DNA of 31,321 nucleotides from a virus (Duplodnaviria; Heunggongvirae; Uroviricota; Caudoviricetes): IMG/VR virus record IMGVR_UViG_2700989487_000010; one strand, 5' to 3'. Shown piece by piece: positions 25,503 to 31,321 of this stretch (position 1 is its first letter; each line of letters starts with the position of its first letter). The notes under the pieces were generated by a model. It saw only the letters and a program-made list of their open reading frames with translations, ran no database searches and was not told where the DNA came from. The position numbers and the translations under genes were made by a program.

Positions 25503-26238
25503 GGTTTATCAGACTGACAATGCCACGCTCTGTCGTGGGAATGCGCTGGAAATATTGCCGCTGATTGAGCCAGAAAGCATTGATGCCTTAATCACTGACC
25601 CGCCTTACAGTTCGGGTGCGACACACAAGGCCGGACGCACCAACCAGGGCAGCCATGCAAAATATCTGAACGGCGAGAACCTTCACCGCTTTGATGGGTT
25701 CGCGGGTGAAAACATGGACGCCCGTTCGTGGGCTTACTGGACACAATTATGGATGGCACAGGCACACCGCGCAGTCAGGCCGGGCGGTTATGCCCTGGTA
25801 TTTACTGACTGGCGACAACTACCAGCTTTAACCGATGCGTTTCAGGCCAGTGGCTTTACATGGCGCGGCATCATTGCGTGGAACAAAGGGAGGGGGTCAC
25901 GAACACCACATACCGGGTATTTCCGGCATCAGTGCGAATACATCGTCTGGGGCAGCAAAGGCCATTTAGATAAATCGCCTTCGGGACCGTTCGACGGCTG
26001 CATGACGTTCCCGGTTATCTCGTCAAAGAAAATGCACCCGACCGGAAAACCAGAAGAACTAATGGCGGAACTGGTCAGGACAGTGAATAGTGGCGGAACA
26101 GTCCTTGATCCTTTTATGGGGTCAGGGACAACGGGTGTGGCTGCACTGAAAGCAGGACGCAAATTTATTGGTATAGAAACCTGTGATCATTATTTTGATG
26201 TAGCAACACAACGGCTCAAAACGGCGATCGAACCATAA
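25447..26238 (+). CDS. DNA amino-methyltransferase (N6-adenine or N4-cytosine; beta-class motif order), apparently orphan
   Basis: 263-aa ORF with GAGGAG RBS; catalytic motif IV DPPY near the N-terminus (ALITDPPYSSG) and AdoMet-binding motif I near the C-terminus (DPFMGSGTTG); no adjacent restriction endonuclease gene in the window. Confidence 0.85.
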   Translation: MTVGIAIQHQPAHTPEHTKVYQTDNATLCRGNALEILPLIEPESIDALITDPPYSSGATHKAGRTNQGSHAKYLNGENLHRFDGFAGENMDARSWAYWTQLWMAQAHRAVRPGGYALVFTDWRQLPALTDAFQASGFTWRGIIAWNKGRGSRTPHTGYFRHQCEYIVWGSKGHLDKSPSGPFDGCMTFPVISSKKMHPTGKPEELMAELVRTVNSGGTVLDPFMGSGTTGVAALKAGRKFIGIETCDHYFDVATQRLKTAIEP

Positions 26239-26242
26239 GACA

Positions 26243-26264
26243 AAGCCCGCAATGTTGCGGGCTT
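26243..26264. terminator. Hairpin immediately downstream of the methyltransferase (aagcccgc / gcgggctt)
   Basis: Inverted repeat 5 nt after the stop codon; weak U-tract, so terminator function is uncertain. Confidence 0.4.
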
Positions 26265-26467
26265 ACTCTACCTCTCGAAAATGTGGTCACTGCGTGGACA
26301 TACGCTGATACAAATCCTTTTATATCAATAAATTAAATCTTTGTTTTTTTCATCAACAAGGATTTTCACGTTTGTGTTACCTGTATGAGACGAGAGTTAA
26401 CCGGACAAGTGTGCCATAATCTCGCGGCCAGGCATACTTGCGAAGATTTCAGGTATAAGGATACGTA

Positions 26468-28641
<2,174 letters not shown>

Positions 28642-28796
28642 TTACTCCAGAATGCAGCGCAAGGCGAGGAGTATCCCCGTCTCATCTCTCTGGTTTCAGG
28701 GTTACGGTGCGTTGGCAGGAATTAACGCGTACGTCTTTTCAGAAGGAAATCGACAAAGCGGGAAGTTTGCCTGGAACAGGCGGCGATTGTCAATGA

Positions 28797-28825
28797 TGTG
28801 AAAAAGGGAACCATCGGGTTCCCTT
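28797..28825 (-). terminator. Rho-independent terminator of fabB
   Basis: Minus-strand hairpin aagggaacc-cgat-ggttccctt followed by TTTTT, about 90 nt downstream of the fabB stop. Confidence 0.6.
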
Positions 28826-28910
28826 TGGCGTTAGTGCCGAATGCCGCATTGGCGCGTAACGTCGGATGCGACGCTGGCGCGTCTTATCCGACCTACTCCG
28901 GCCTACTGCG
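28811..28910. repeat. REP / BIME-type repetitive extragenic palindromic element(s)
   Basis: gccgaatgccgcattggcgcg and gtcggatgcgacgctggcgcgtcttatccgacctac match the recalled E. coli REP consensus (GCCGGATGCGGCG...CTTATCCGGCCTAC). Confidence 0.6.
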
Positions 28911-28912
28911 AA

Positions 28913-30133
28913 TTAATCTTTCAGCTTGCGCATTACCAGCGTGGCGTTGGTGCCGCCGAAGCCGAAGCTGTTAGACATAACAGTGGTCAGTTCGCGATCG
29001 GTCGTTTCGGTCACGATGTTCAGACCCGCAGCCTGCTCGTCCAGCTCTTCAATGTTGATGCTCGGGGCGATAAAGCCGTGTTCCAGCATCAGCAGAGAGT
29101 AGATAGCTTCCTGTACGCCAGCAGCGCCCAGAGAGTGACCGGTCATGGCTTTGGTTGCAGAAATCGCCGGGCTCTTATCGCCGAACACTTCACGGATAGC
29201 TGCCAGCTCTTTCACGTCGCCAACCGGAGTCGAAGTACCGTGGGAGTTCAGGTAATCGATTGGGGTATCAACGCCATGCATCGCCATCTTCATGCAGCGT
29301 ACTGCGCCTTCGCCAGACGGAGCAACCATGTCTGCGCCATCAGACGTTGCGCCGTAGCCAACGATTTCAGCATAGATGTGAGCACCACGCGCCAGCGCGT
29401 GTTCCAGCTCTTCAACCACCACCATACCGCCGCCGCCAGCGATAACGAAACCGTCACGGTGAGCATCGTAAGTACGGGAGGCTTTTTCCGGGGTGTCGTT
29501 GTATTTAGTAGACAGCGCACCCATTGCGTCGAATTCGCAAGCCATTTCCCAGCACAGCTCTTCGCCGCCGCCAGCAAACACGATGTCCTGTTTGCCCAGT
29601 TGGATCTGCTCTACTGCGTTACCGATACAGTGTGCGGAAGTCGCACACGCGGAGCTGATGGAGTAGTTAACGCCATGAATTTTAAACGGGGTGGCGAGGC
29701 AGGCAGAAACGCCGGATGCCATCGCTTTGGTGACCACATACGGGCCAACCGCTTTCAGGCCACGCGGGCCGCGCATTGCGTCAGCGCCGAACACCTGGAA
29801 ACGCGGGGAACCGCCGCCAGAACCTGCAATCAGGCCAACGCGCGGATTATTCTGGTAAGCTTCCGGAGAAAGGCCCGCATCTGCGATTGCCTGCTCCATA
29901 GAAAGGAATGCATAAATGGATGCGTCGCTCATAAAGCGCACAACTTTGCGGTCAATGAGGCCAGTGGTATCCAGTTTTACGTTGCCCCAGACGTGGCTAC
30001 GCATGCCGGAATCCTTCAGCTCCTGAGAGAAAGTGATCCCTGAACGTCCTTCACGCAGAGATGCCAGGACTTCCTGCTGGTTATTACCGATGCTGGAAAC
30101 AATGCCCAGGCCAGTAATCACTGCACGTTTCAT
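28913..30133 (-). CDS. fabB: 3-oxoacyl-[acyl-carrier-protein] synthase I (KAS I)
   Basis: 406-aa ORF; translation [36 protein letters not shown]... is recognisably E. coli FabB, with the active-site Cys context ([12 protein letters not shown]) and C-terminal [10 protein letters not shown]. Confidence 0.97.
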
Positions 30134-30180
30134 TCAATACCTCTGTAAGTCGCACATAGAGTAAGTTTCGAATGCACAAT

Positions 30181-30198
30181 AGCGTACACTTGTACGCC
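30181..30198. promoter_or_regulatory. FabR-operator-like palindrome in the fabB promoter region
   Basis: agcgtacacttgtacgcc, a near-perfect inverted repeat 48 nt upstream of the fabB start; matches my recollection of the FabR site shared by the fabA and fabB promoters. Confidence 0.5.
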
Positions 30199-30225
30199 GA
30201 ACAAGTCCGATCAGCCAATTAATAG

Positions 30226-31321
<1,096 letters not shown>

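Noticed and set aside
26239-26467. tRNA gene as integration target near the prophage end
   Set aside because: No cloverleaf-compatible sequence or conserved GTTC T-loop arrangement seen in the junction region.
28841-30043. 400-aa plus-strand ORF
   Set aside because: Antisense to fabB, whose translation is unambiguous; the product is an Arg/Ala-rich shadow frame.

Overview
The first ~26 kb of this window is the structural/late arm of a P2-like (Peduovirus-type) prophage; the last ~5 kb is enterobacterial chromosome (flk, yfcJ, fabB, mnmC). All protein identifications are from reading the translations against recalled family sequences and motifs; no database search was run. Layout, left to right: an AT-rich edge and a GC-rich non-coding stretch (expected cos region); portal Q and terminase P on the minus strand; then O, N, M, L, X, holin, M15 endolysin, overlapped spanins, R, S, V, W, J, I, H, G on the plus strand. 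H and G sit in a Gin/Pin-type invertible segment with alternate G' and H'v copies, two gix-like sites and an adjacent serine invertase. The sheath/tube/tape-measure operon (FI, FII, E/E', T, U) is on the minus strand, while D and ogr are on the plus strand, which differs from P2. Three accessory insertions are the main candidates for something new: (1) an AT-rich DUF2971-like gene between D and ogr; (2) a Hok/Gef-like type I toxin with a mok-like overlapping frame; (3) a Mu com-like zinc-finger gene overlapping an amino-DNA methyltransferase, preceded by three clustered GATC sites. Also notable: gpJ carries an in-frame TAG, and the last ~170 nt of the window look sequence-degraded.
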